In this document: positions 31,979-41,726 of the stretch, piece after piece
Numbering within the stretch: the first letter of the stretch is position 1
How the letters are laid out: every line of letters starts with the position of its first letter
Assembly: GCA_963844715.1 (NCBI GenBank)
Contig: CAWJPJ010000007.1
Location: 1,360,534 to 1,424,533 of the forward strand
Origin: an uncultured Phycisphaerales bacterium
Lineage (GTDB): Bacteria > Planctomycetota > Phycisphaerae > Tepidisphaerales > Tepidisphaeraceae
Direction of reading: 5' to 3'
Length of the DNA: 64,000 bases
The notes under the pieces: model-generated
Database searches by the model: none
Told to the model about the DNA's origin: nothing
What the model saw: the letters and a program-made list of their open reading frames with translations, nothing else
Translations under genes and position numbers: made by a program

Positions 31979-33089
31979 CTACAGGGCCTTCTCAGCCAGA
32001 CGTGCTTCGATGAGCGTTTTGATCCGATTGGCGGTGGCGACGTATAGCTCGACGGCGCCCCCGATGGGGTCTTCGATGTCTCCCTCGGGGTCGAGGGGGA
32101 CGATCTTATCCGCCGCCGCCGGAACCAGAGCCGCCGCTGCCCGGGCATGGCTCTGGCCCATCGTATAAATGACATCCGCCTGATGGATCAATTCGACCGT
32201 CAGCGCTCTGGCGCGATGGCGCGAGATATCCAGGCCCATGCCTTGCAGTGCCTCGACGGCCTGTGCCGTTGCCCGCGCGCCGGGCAGGGTATATGCGCCT
32301 GCCGACGCGACCATGATCCCCTTCTTCTCCAGTTCATCGGGCGAAATTTTCAAATTTTCCGCCATGACCTGCCGTGCGATGGCCTCCGCCATGGGGCTGC
32401 GGCAGGTGTTTCCGCTACAGACGAAGAGGAGGGTTGTTCGCATCAGGCGGTCGATAATGCGCCGATCATACACGCCTTCGCGCGCCAATTCATAGGAGTC
32501 CTTGCCGGCGCGGACGAGGGTGCTGGGTTTGCTGAAACGGGTTTCGCCGGCGTCGAGGACGGCTTCAACTTTATCGAGAATGGCCTCGTCCATATCCGCC
32601 GCGCACTGCCGGCCGCCGGGCGGGGCGGTGAGAGCGACGGGCTGATTCACCTGGCTGACGACATCAAAGAAAACCGGATGGTCCGGGCAGCGCAGCGTGA
32701 TGGTCGATTCGTCGTAAAGGTCCTCCATCGGAACATCGAGAGTTCGGGAAACCTCCCAGCGCCGGTCCTCGGGGACGGTGAAGATCAGCCCGACCGGTCC
32801 AGGCCAGAGCTTTCGCATGAGCCGCAATTCCAGGTCGCTGCAATCCCCAAGAAACTGCCGGGCGTCGGCAGGCTTGGCGACGTGGACGGTCAGGGGCCGC
32901 CGGGCGGACGACGGCCGCAGGTCGTTCAATGCCGCTCGCGCCGGCGGGGTGGGTCAGGACCCCGGCGGCGGCGTAGCTGGTCTCGGTCGGCAGGACGATC
33001 AGCTTGCCCGCCGACAGCATCTCCGCGCCGCGCAGGACCTCCTGCTGGTAGTCGGGGGAGCTAAGAATTTGCACGATCTGAGCCTGCAT
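31979..33089 (-). CDS. Fusion of a TsaC/Sua5-like domain and an LMW protein (arginine/tyrosine) phosphatase (frameshift near 32940)
   Basis: LPTETSY, RPLTVH, LWPGP, LRCPDHP (TsaC); FVCSGNTCRSPMAE and DIEDPIGG (LMW-PTP). Confidence 0.88.
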
Positions 33090-33221
33090 AATGACGGCTT
33101 TTTAATTATCGGCCTGTACCCAGGTAACTTCAAGGCGGACAGATTGACCCGGGGGAGCGTTTATCCGGCTTGGCGCGGGCCGGGCCGCGTTCGACGGCGT
33201 TTTCCCGCCGGGGAGCGGAAT

Positions 33222-33260
33222 AAAAAAAAACGCCGGCCGCGGTGTGACTGCGGCCGGCGT
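33222..33260 (-). terminator. Rho-independent terminator on the minus strand
   Basis: acgccggccgc-agtcacacc-gcggccggcgt stem-loop followed by a T-run (9 T in total). Confidence 0.75.
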
Positions 33261-33606
33261 CGCCAGAAAGTGGGAAGGGGAGCGTCGCGTCAGGTCCCGT
33301 CCTACCGTTCCACACGGAACAGGCATACGGTGCGTTTGCCTGACGGTATTGGATGTACGATTCATTTTTTTCGGGGGCAAATCGAAATGCGGAATTTCGG
33401 CGGGTCTGGTAATATAGGGTGCGTGCGGTCGGAATCGCGGATTTTTGCGGGTAGTTCGGTACAATCGGGCGGCGATGGGTCTTCCATCCACTGCGAATCG
33501 CCTCTCGATTAAGTAAAACCGGGCGGCCCGTGCAAGGTCGGAAGCGAAATCGACGGCCGCACGGTGGCCGGGGCACATTCGTTCACTTCGTTTGGAAAGG
33601 CGGTAC

Positions 33607-34167
33607 ATGGGAAACTTCTACACAAATTTTACGCTTGGCGGCGTGGACCAGTTGGCGGCGGCAAAGGAGTTGGCCGGGAGGTCGTGCCTGGTAACGCCGG
33701 CGGTGAACAACTCGGTGGTGGTTTTCGATTCGGCGTCGGAAAAACAGGATCAGCGCGAGATCGCCAGTCTGGCCGAGATGCTTTCGCAGCGGCTGAAATG
33801 CGCCGTGCTGGCTGTACTGAATCACGACGACGACATCCTCTGGTATCAGCTTTACTCCAAGGGGCAGTTGGAGGACGAGTACAACAGCACGCCGGGGTAT
33901 TTCGACGCGTCGCAGGTTACCGCGCCCAGCGGCGGGGACGCCAAGAAGCTTTGCGCGGCGTTCGGCTCGGGCAACGTGGCGAAGGTGGAGCATATCCTCA
34001 GCAGCTCGCTCGAAGACGGAGAGTATGCGTTCGCCTTCCAGCGTCATGAGGCGCTGGTGCATGCGCTGGGGATTTCGCCGTACGGGGTGGGACTGGGGTA
34101 CGGGTATTTAGAGGACGGGGATATGCCGGACGGGCTTTCGTCGGCGGATGTGATTCGGACGCGGTAG
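33607..34167 (+). CDS. Hypothetical protein
   Basis: 186-aa ORF with coding-like composition and AAGG RBS. Confidence 0.75.
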   Translation: MGNFYTNFTLGGVDQLAAAKELAGRSCLVTPAVNNSVVVFDSASEKQDQREIASLAEMLSQRLKCAVLAVLNHDDDILWYQLYSKGQLEDEYNSTPGYFDASQVTAPSGGDAKKLCAAFGSGNVAKVEHILSSSLEDGEYAFAFQRHEALVHALGISPYGVGLGYGYLEDGDMPDGLSSADVIRTR

Positions 34168-34247
34168 GCACCCGAAACCCTCATAGGGTAGCGCCCCCCC
34201 TGCAAGAAATGGGATCATTTTTTGATCCCGCGATATAGAATCATCTC

Positions 34248-34463
34248 GTGGCTGAAAAATCCAGAGCCGACCGGCGCAAATACATCGAAGTTTTAAGACG
34301 GATGACGCCCGAGCAGCGCCTCCGGAAGGCCATGGAGCTAACCGAACTTGGGAATCGCTTATTTCTACATGGGCTTAGGCGTCGATTTCCGGACTTGGAC
34401 GAGCGGGGGATTCACGCGGAGTATTTGAAGCGGATCGCGCGATGTCACAATCGGAACTATTGA
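34248..34463 (+). CDS. Small helical protein, MenA1-like putative antitoxin
   Basis: MTPEQRLRKAMELTELG...LRRRFPD; overlaps the downstream nucleotidyltransferase. Confidence 0.7.
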   Translation: MAEKSRADRRKYIEVLRRMTPEQRLRKAMELTELGNRLFLHGLRRRFPDLDERGIHAEYLKRIARCHNRNY

Positions 34464-35009
34464 AAAAAACGATCGCGGCACTGGAGGCGGCCGGTACGCC
34501 GTACATGCTCACCGGTTCGTTTGCATCGAGCTTGCAGGGTGAGCCGAGACTGACGCACGACATCGATCTTGTCGTTGCAATTACGCTGGCCGGAATCAAA
34601 GCTCTTTTGTCAGCGTTCCCGGCGCCGGATTACTATCTGGACGAAATTGCGATCGCCCGGGCCGTCGCGCAAAAAAGCCAGTTCAATCTTCTTGATGTCG
34701 TGGGCGGCGACAAAGTGGACTTCTGGCTTTTGACGGATGACCCCTTCGACCAGTCCCGGTTTGCGCCGGCATCCGGAAATGTTCGAAGGGTATCAGCTTT
34801 ATATTTCGTCCCCCGAGGACACAATTTTGATGAAACTTCGCTGGGCGAAGTTGTCTGGCGGAAGCGAGAAGCAGTTCGGGGACGCGCTGAGCGTTTACGA
34901 ATTACAAAAGGAATCGCTAGATTTGGCATATGTACAACGTTGGGTGACGTCGTTGGATGTGTCCGATCTTTGGGAAAGGCTCAAACGCGAGGCCAAAAGC
35001 GAAGGCTAG
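34442..35009 (+). CDS. Nucleotidyltransferase, MenT1-like putative toxin (frameshift near 34765)
   Basis: YMLTGSFASS.QGEPRLTHDIDLVV; SPEDTILMKL. Confidence 0.8.
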
Positions 35010-35192
35010 CGAAAGCCGACAAATACTTTTCCGATCCGGATGGATATCTTTGGAAAGCGGCGTAGGGAGCGTTTGAGATTCGCGAGGATGGGAGTTTGAT
35101 GGTTACTTATAATTCTGGGATGCATGTTCATAAAAGAGCGACGTTTCTTTACTCCCTTTTAATCGTTCAGCCGGCGCAACGCTCATCATCCG

Positions 35193-35714
35193 ATGACCAT
35201 TCTTGAACGACTACTGCGACACGACGCCTGGACGACCAGATCGCTCCTTGCGCTATCGAGCGGCCTTAGCGACGCCGAACTCGACCGGGAGTTCGACATT
35301 GGCCATCGGTCGCTCCGTCGTACATTTGTTCACATGATCGGAAACATGGAATGTTGGTGTGACTTGATGACCGGAAAGCCTCAGCGGTGGAGCGCACAGG
35401 CTGCCCCGCCGGTAAGCACTGTCTCGGGCCTGACCAATCGCCTGGATGTAGTCGCCGAACAACTGCTCGCCCTGGGCAGAAGCGTGACGAGCGAAAGGCG
35501 CGAAGACGATTTTTTCGTCGATTACCTGGATAAGCCCCCCACGCGAAAACCGCTCGGCGCGGGGCTTTTGCACGTCGCCACCCACGGCATGCACCACCGT
35601 GCGCATTGCCTGTATATCATGCGAAATTTGGGGGTGAAGGGCTTGATCGAGGGCGATGTCATAAGCTGGGAGTGCGTTCACCTGGGATTGAAAACCTGGC
35701 CGGCCGCGATCTGA
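35193..35714 (+). CDS. DinB-family protein
   Basis: HDAWTT, SLRRTFVHM, LLHVATHGMHHRA. Confidence 0.9.
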   Translation: MTILERLLRHDAWTTRSLLALSSGLSDAELDREFDIGHRSLRRTFVHMIGNMECWCDLMTGKPQRWSAQAAPPVSTVSGLTNRLDVVAEQLLALGRSVTSERREDDFFVDYLDKPPTRKPLGAGLLHVATHGMHHRAHCLYIMRNLGVKGLIEGDVISWECVHLGLKTWPAAI

Positions 35715-35865
35715 GCGATATGCGGACCGCATTTCACACGCGACTCACAATCACAATCGGCTCACATCTCCTCATTACAAACGCCGAACGGGCCACGGCA
35801 TTGTTTGAAGTTCGGAGAGCAAACAGGACCTACGTCCCCTTAAACTCAAGTCCGAGTATAAAGGG

Positions 35866-36451
35866 GTGTTCCACGTGTCGTTCACAGTCAAAAAAATCTC
35901 CGCGGATCGACTGGCAGACTATGCCCGGGTGCCGATTGCATTCGAGGTTGAGATCGATGAAACGGTCCGCGCCACGGGTGGCGTCGCGCTTCGCGAGCCG
36001 CGGTTCGGTCGCCCTACCTCAAGAATTATGACGCGCAGTTCGAAGGCGGCCCCGAGAGCTGGGCCGGCCGCTTCGATATTTCCCAATGGGGATTATGGAT
36101 TGCGATTGAGTCGGCGGGAGTAGTGGGGGCAGCGGCGGTGGCGCCGGATGGCAAGAGCCTCGGAATGCGGGACATCGATCCTCGCGCTGCGGTACTTTGG
36201 GACATAAGAGTCGCCCCGTCACACCGTCGGCGAGGCCTTGGCTCGGCCCTTTTCCAAGAAGCAGCGCGGTGGGCAAGCGGCATGCGTCGAGACTTTCTTA
36301 TGGTTGAAACCAAAACGTGAATGTCGCCGCGTGCAGGTTCTATGAGAGGATGGGGTGCACGATCGAGCGAGTCGATCGCTCGGCGTATCAGGGGCGGGTG
36401 GAAGCGAAGAATGAAATCATGCTCTTATGGGGCTTGCAACTTCATGGATAA
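35866..36451 (+). CDS. GNAT acetyltransferase (several frameshifts; assembly errors or pseudogene)
   Basis: LWDIRVAPSHRRRGLGSALF; VET.NVNVAACRFYERMG across frames. Confidence 0.75.
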
Positions 36452-36470
36452 ACCCCAGCCCGCTTTCTTC

Positions 36471-36521
36471 TTGACTCTCCGCAGAATCGGGCCGATAATC
36501 AGACTAGATTAACAGACTAGA
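36471..36521 (+). promoter_or_regulatory. Sigma70 promoter and putative operator of phd-vapC
   Basis: TTGACT-N17-GATAAT followed by direct repeat CAGACTAGA x2. Confidence 0.65.
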
Positions 36522-36531
36522 AGGATACGTT

Positions 36532-36780
36532 ATGAAAGAAGTGGGCCTCTTCGATGCCAAAACCAATCTCTCGAAGATTGCCGAACAAGTTCGCCGCACC
36601 GGACAACCTGTCACGCTGACCAAACGCGGCGAGCCGTATGTGGACATAGTGCCCCATCGAAGGCCGGCGGGCCGCCGGTCCCGTAAGGAGATTTTTTCCG
36701 ATTGGAGGCGCCTGCGCGCCCAGTTGCCGAAGATCAGCTCCGAAGGAATCAAGTCGGCAATCGAAGAAGGACGCCGGTAA
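36532..36780 (+). CDS. Phd/YefM-family antitoxin
   Basis: VGLFDAKTNLSKI...TGQPVTLTKRGEP. Confidence 0.92.
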   Translation: MKEVGLFDAKTNLSKIAEQVRRTGQPVTLTKRGEPYVDIVPHRRPAGRRSRKEIFSDWRRLRAQLPKISSEGIKSAIEEGRR

Positions 36781-37190
36781 TGCAATCCGTCGTCATCGAC
36801 GCCAACGTGGTGTTGCATTCGCTCCTGCACCAAGGCCGCGGATCGGAAAAGTTGGACCCACTCCTCGAAAAATCCGACCTTGTCGCCCCCTGGCTATGGC
36901 GGTTGGAAGTCGCCAACGCCGTGCTCGTGCACACTCGGCGCAAACTGCTCACCGAGGTGGAAGCGATCCGCATTTTGCGACTGATTGATGAAACGCCGGT
37001 CGAGATCGTGCCGGAACCGGCGGAAAGAACGGCGTCAAGCTTGGCGGAGATCGGCAAGACCTATCATCTGACGGCATATGACGCCGTCTATCTGGATTTG
37101 GCCGATCGCCTGGGGCTGCCTCTGTTTACGCGTGACGAGAAACTTCGTGACGCCGCCAAAAAAGCCGGCGTCAAGCTCTTTGGCGAGTAA
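36780..37190 (+). CDS. vapC: VapC PIN-domain toxin
   Basis: VVIDANV, LEVANA, LTAYDAVYL, LFTRDEKL; TAATG stop/start coupling. Confidence 0.92.
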   Translation: MQSVVIDANVVLHSLLHQGRGSEKLDPLLEKSDLVAPWLWRLEVANAVLVHTRRKLLTEVEAIRILRLIDETPVEIVPEPAERTASSLAEIGKTYHLTAYDAVYLDLADRLGLPLFTRDEKLRDAAKKAGVKLFGE

Positions 37191-37258
37191 CGCTGTTCAA
37201 ATCATGCTTCGATCACGCAAACAAAGAATCCAGTCGGACTCGCACATTGAACCAACGA

Positions 37259-38402
37259 TCACGTTTTAATCCTGTCCAACAAATAAACCGCGATCGGCCC
37301 GAAGATAAAGATCGGCAGCCAGGCCATCATGGCGGGCCAGACGACGACCCATTGCGGGCTCGGCGGGGTTGCCGCCAGTTCGTAGGCCAGGAAGACGCAG
37401 CCCATGCAAAGGCCGCAGAGGAGCATGGCTTTGGCGGCGGCGGTTTTTAAAGTCTGCGGCTGGCGGGTCAGGACCATCGCTATGGCCAGAAGCATCAGGA
37501 TGATGTTCACCAGCGGTTGGGCCAGGCGCGTGTAGCGCATTGCGCAATAGATTCGTCGTTCCGTAATTCCTTGGGCGGGCCAGGAGCTGGTTGATCCGTG
37601 CAAGCGACAGAAATTGCAGGGAATCCTCGTTCTGGTGCAGGACGATCTCGGCGGGGGTGATGTCGCTGCGATAAACGGCGGCGGTCTCGACGACGGGCGG
37701 GACGGTTTGGTCGGGGGATGCGATGGGGACGCGCTTGCCATCGATGAGGTCCCATTGTTGAAGGCGCGGGTTCCAGTTGGCGCTGGCGGCATAGAGATGG
37801 GCCGTGGGGCGCAATTGCGAATCGCGCTCGATCACATCCAGATAATCCAGCTTTGCCGGGGAGTGAGCGGTGGCGGGGGTGTAGAGGGCGGCGTTGAAGA
37901 GCGCCTCGTTTTCATCCTGCATCATGTCGACGGGGTAGGTCCGCACCGCCGCCTGGTGAATATCGCCTCGGTCCCGGGCCAGCATCGGGATCATGTGCGG
38001 AATGAGGAGTTCCTGATCGGCCGGAAGCAGGACGAGATTCAGCACCGCGCCGGCGAGAATTGCCGGGGCGGCGACGCGAAGAAGGGGAACGCCGGCGGCG
38101 AGAATGGCGGTCGATTCGTTGAATCGGCTGAGGCGCATGAGTGTGAACGAAGCCGCCGCCACGGCGATGATCCCCGCCATCTGCGCGAAGAAAAAGAAGG
38201 ACTGGTAGAAGTAATAATCCCCGATGTCATAGGCGATTCGCCACGTGGACAGGCCGGCCAGGGCGTGGCTGTTGGACTGGGTGAGATTCCCGAAATTGAA
38301 GACCATGTCGAGGGCGATATAGAGCCCGACCAGGGCCATCAGGCTGATGAGATAGTCCCGAACGAACGAGCCGAGCACGTATTTGTCGAGGATGCTGAGC
38401 AT
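37259..38402 (-). CDS. lptG: LPS export permease of the LptF/LptG family (LptG-like; frameshift near 37543)
   Basis: ILDKYV, RLSRFNESTAILAAGV, AWLPIFIF. Confidence 0.85.
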
Positions 38403-38406
38403 GAAT

Positions 38407-39993
38407 TTATTTCGTCGCGATGGTGATTAAGTTGGTGCGGACGTCGCGGCCGCATTTTACGAAAGTGAATTGCGTCAGGTCCAGGTTGGTGAAATGCTCG
38501 TCGTGGACCAGGATCTGGTTGATGGTGTCGTTTTTGTCGCCGCGATCGTAATCGTGAGCCATGCGAACCATGAGGATGCGGGCGTGATCGCCGGGCGGCG
38601 TGTAGCCGGGGATTTGGTCGAACACGGTCGGGCGATGATCGCCGAGGCGCTGGTCGGAAAGCACCCAGACCTTGGGATGATCCGGCAGATAAAACGTCAA
38701 CTCCGAGGCGTATTCATAGTCGGTGGTATAGATCGGCGAGTCCTGGCGGACGTCCTGGACCTTTTGCGCCAGTTCGCGCCAGCCGAAGAGGCGGTCCCAT
38801 TGGGGATTGCCGAGCTTTGGGCTGATGGTCATCATGATTTCGGGGATGTGGATGACGATCAGGCAGATCACCGCCACACCGACGCCGGTGCGGGCCCACC
38901 AGGTACGCCAGCCCTTCCAGTTTTCGGATAAATATTGCGCCGCCAGGAGGGTTGCGGGCATGTATCCGAAGAGAGGCCAGTTGCCGTTGCCGCGCTTGTG
39001 GATGGAGGTCAGGGCGAAAAAGATCAGGGGGAGGGCGCCGCAGACGACGAGCAATTTTTGCGGCATCGTCGCGCGGCCGCGAATCATCCGCCACGCAAAG
39101 ACGGCGAGGACGAACACGCACAAGGCGCAAATCATCGGCGTCACGATGGCAAGCTGCGAGCCGAAATAATCGAGGACTTTAAGGAGCTGGTCGAGGCGGG
39201 TGTTGTCGTCGCTGGACAGGCCGTGATGAAGTTGGAACTTGAAGCTGATCCAGCCGTGGGTGGCGTTCCAGATGATGACGGGGGAAAAGACGGCGAGTGT
39301 GACGGCCGCGGCGATCCAGGGCCAGCGCGCTGCCAATTGCCTCCGTCCCTGGCGATCGATCAAGAGGGCGATTAATACCGAGACGCCGAGGAACACGCTG
39401 GTGTATTTGGAATCCAGGGCCAAACCGAGGAAGAGGCCGAAGGCGAGCCAGAGGAGGGCCTCGCGTTCATTTCCCTCCCCCGGAGTACCGGCGGAGGGTG
39501 TCAGGAAAACCAGAAGCACGCACGCAAGCGCCGCCGTCTGGAAAAACATTGCGGGCGTGTCGGGCGTGGCGATCGAGCCCATGATTCCGACCATGGGGCT
39601 GAGAAGGAGACTCACGGCCACGAATCCGGCCGCGAGTTTGTCGGGGCAGAGTCTTAGTGAGACTCGCCAGAGAATCAGGACCATTCCGACGGCGAGAATT
39701 CCCATTGGCCAGCGAACGCCGAATTCGGTGTTTCCCTCGAAATGAGTCCCGAGTCGAATAAGCCACGCGATAACGGGCGGATGATCGACATACGAGAGGG
39801 CGGGATGCTGCGACCAGACCCAGTAATAGCATTCGTCCGGGACAAGCTGGCGGAAGTTGGAAAAGACCCATCGGGCGACGAGGGTGAGGCCCGCTAGCGC
39901 CAAGACGCCGGCCGTTCCCGGCCAGCGGCGCGGTTTGGCGGGCGCCGGCTGCGCGGCGATTTCAGGGGCCGAAGTTACCGGCGTTTGGCTCAT
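38407..39993 (-). CDS. ArnT/PMT-like membrane glycosyltransferase (GT39/GT83)
   Basis: PDECYYWVWS, SYVDHPP, TPDTP, SKYT, FSPVIIWNA. Confidence 0.9.
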   Translation of the reverse strand: MSQTPVTSAPEIAAQPAPAKPRRWPGTAGVLALAGLTLVARWVFSNFRQLVPDECYYWVWSQHPALSYVDHPPVIAWLIRLGTHFEGNTEFGVRWPMGILAVGMVLILWRVSLRLCPDKLAAGFVAVSLLLSPMVGIMGSIATPDTPAMFFQTAALACVLLVFLTPSAGTPGEGNEREALLWLAFGLFLGLALDSKYTSVFLGVSVLIALLIDRQGRRQLAARWPWIAAAVTLAVFSPVIIWNATHGWISFKFQLHHGLSSDDNTRLDQLLKVLDYFGSQLAIVTPMICALCVFVLAVFAWRMIRGRATMPQKLLVVCGALPLIFFALTSIHKRGNGNWPLFGYMPATLLAAQYLSENWKGWRTWWARTGVGVAVICLIVIHIPEIMMTISPKLGNPQWDRLFGWRELAQKVQDVRQDSPIYTTDYEYASELTFYLPDHPKVWVLSDQRLGDHRPTVFDQIPGYTPPGDHARILMVRMAHDYDRGDKNDTINQILVHDEHFTNLDLTQFTFVKCGRDVRTNLITIATK

Positions 39994-41726
39994 CTTTGTT
40001 GCAATCGGACGGTCAACCAGATCGCGGCCGCCAGGACGATTACGTTTCCGCCCCAGATGAACGCGAGCCCGGTTAGCAGCGGATCGTGAAAGGAGGGACC
40101 GAGATCAAACGGGACGTGCGTCGCCGCCTGCTGGCCGCAGAAAATCAGGGTGATGCTGAGTAGCGCGGGGACGAAGCTCACGGCAAAGGCGTTGAGGACG
40201 TTCCCGCTTCTAAAGACGGTTCCCAAGCCGCTGCCGATCATGACGAGAATCAGGCAACTGAGGGCGAAGCTGGCTCGGCCATGCAGTTCACTGCGGGCGG
40301 AATTATTCACGGCGACCTGCTCATGATGCAGCCACATCGCATCGCTCTGGGTAATCGTCGGATCGTTCTGAAAATCGGCGACGCTTTTCTTTTCGACGGC
40401 CTTCACCTCCGCCGGCATCGGCTCGGAGAAGCTGCGGATAAAGCTGAGCCGTTCGCTGGGGCCCTCCTGGGTGTGGAGGAGCGTGTCGTAGAGTTCGATG
40501 CTTATGGTCACGCGATGCGCCAATCGGTCGGGTTTGGCGCGGATGTGAATTTCCTTTGCTTCGGCGGTGAGCGTGCGCTGCGAGCCGTGCGATTGCTCCA
40601 TCCAGACGGTTCGCGACTGGTCGCCGCGCGGCGGGGCGGTGACGATCAGTTCCGATCCGTCGCGCACGGATGATGCGCCGTCGCCGCCGATGCGGAAGGT
40701 GTCGGAATCGCCGACGGTGGGGAATACGTATCCGTTCGGCTCGCCGCGGTTGATCTGCGCGGAGATGAGATCGAGTGTTTTGGCTTCCTGCTCGCGGGCC
40801 ACGACGTCGATGAGGATATTTTGCACGCGTTCGCTGTGGCTCGGATCATGGGCCAGTTCGGTGAGCCGCTGAACGTTGAGGAATTTGACGTTTTCGTGAA
40901 TGAGAGACGGGATTTCGACGGGTCCGAAAGTTGTATCCGCGACCCCCGCCTGCACATTTCCGTAGAATTCGCGCGGGAACTTCAGTCCGTCGGTGAGATG
41001 GACGGTGAGGGTCGCCATCGGCACCGCCAGATCGCCCCAGGGCCGCTCCTCGCCGCTGCGTTCGATCGTAACCATGGCGCGCCGGGCCAGGGAAAAATCG
41101 CGCGGGATGTGCAGGTCCGGATTGGCCTCGGTGGGCGATTCATAGGTGACGATCGCGGGCCCGATCAGCTCGACTTGCTGGATTCGCGGATTATTCGGAT
41201 CCGGCGGCGGCAGATACGCCGACTCGGCAAAAACGTGCCAGCTTCCACCCATCCCCTGAAAATCCACGGCGTGATCGCGCTCGACGTCGCTGGCGATCAC
41301 CTTGGCGATATTCGAGTAAACGATCTCCTGAACCCGCAGAGAAAAGACCGGCACCACGAAGCAGAGCATGATCAGACTGATCGTCGCCACGATCAAACCC
41401 AGAACCAGGGCCGGCAGGGCGATCGAAAATCCGCGCATGGAAATATAGGAGATGCCGCCGGCGCGCATGGCCGTCAACTCGTTGTCGGAGGCGAGCCGTC
41501 CGTAAACGATCGTCGCGGCCAGGAGCGCGGCGACGGGGAGGGAATAGGTGCTCATCGCGGGGGTGAGATAGAGGAGCATCTGGTTGACCTGCCGCATGTC
41601 CAGGCCGTTTTCAGTCAACGGGCGCAGCAGCCCGGCGAAGCTCATGATCCCCGCCAGGGCGCAGGTGGTCAGAGCAAACACGCGAAGCAGCGGCCAGAAA
41701 ATGTACCAGAAGAGCGTTTTGCTCAT
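39990..41726 (-). CDS. lptF: LPS export permease of the LptF/LptG family (LptF-like, enlarged periplasmic region)
   Basis: TLFWYI, YGRLASDNELTAMRAGGIS, ELHGRASFALSC. Confidence 0.85.
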   Translation of the reverse strand: MSKTLFWYIFWPLLRVFALTTCALAGIMSFAGLLRPLTENGLDMRQVNQMLLYLTPAMSTYSLPVAALLAATIVYGRLASDNELTAMRAGGISYISMRGFSIALPALVLGLIVATISLIMLCFVVPVFSLRVQEIVYSNIAKVIASDVERDHAVDFQGMGGSWHVFAESAYLPPPDPNNPRIQQVELIGPAIVTYESPTEANPDLHIPRDFSLARRAMVTIERSGEERPWGDLAVPMATLTVHLTDGLKFPREFYGNVQAGVADTTFGPVEIPSLIHENVKFLNVQRLTELAHDPSHSERVQNILIDVVAREQEAKTLDLISAQINRGEPNGYVFPTVGDSDTFRIGGDGASSVRDGSELIVTAPPRGDQSRTVWMEQSHGSQRTLTAEAKEIHIRAKPDRLAHRVTISIELYDTLLHTQEGPSERLSFIRSFSEPMPAEVKAVEKKSVADFQNDPTITQSDAMWLHHEQVAVNNSARSELHGRASFALSCLILVMIGSGLGTVFRSGNVLNAFAVSFVPALLSITLIFCGQQAATHVPFDLGPSFHDPLLTGLAFIWGGNVIVLAAAIWLTVRLQQR

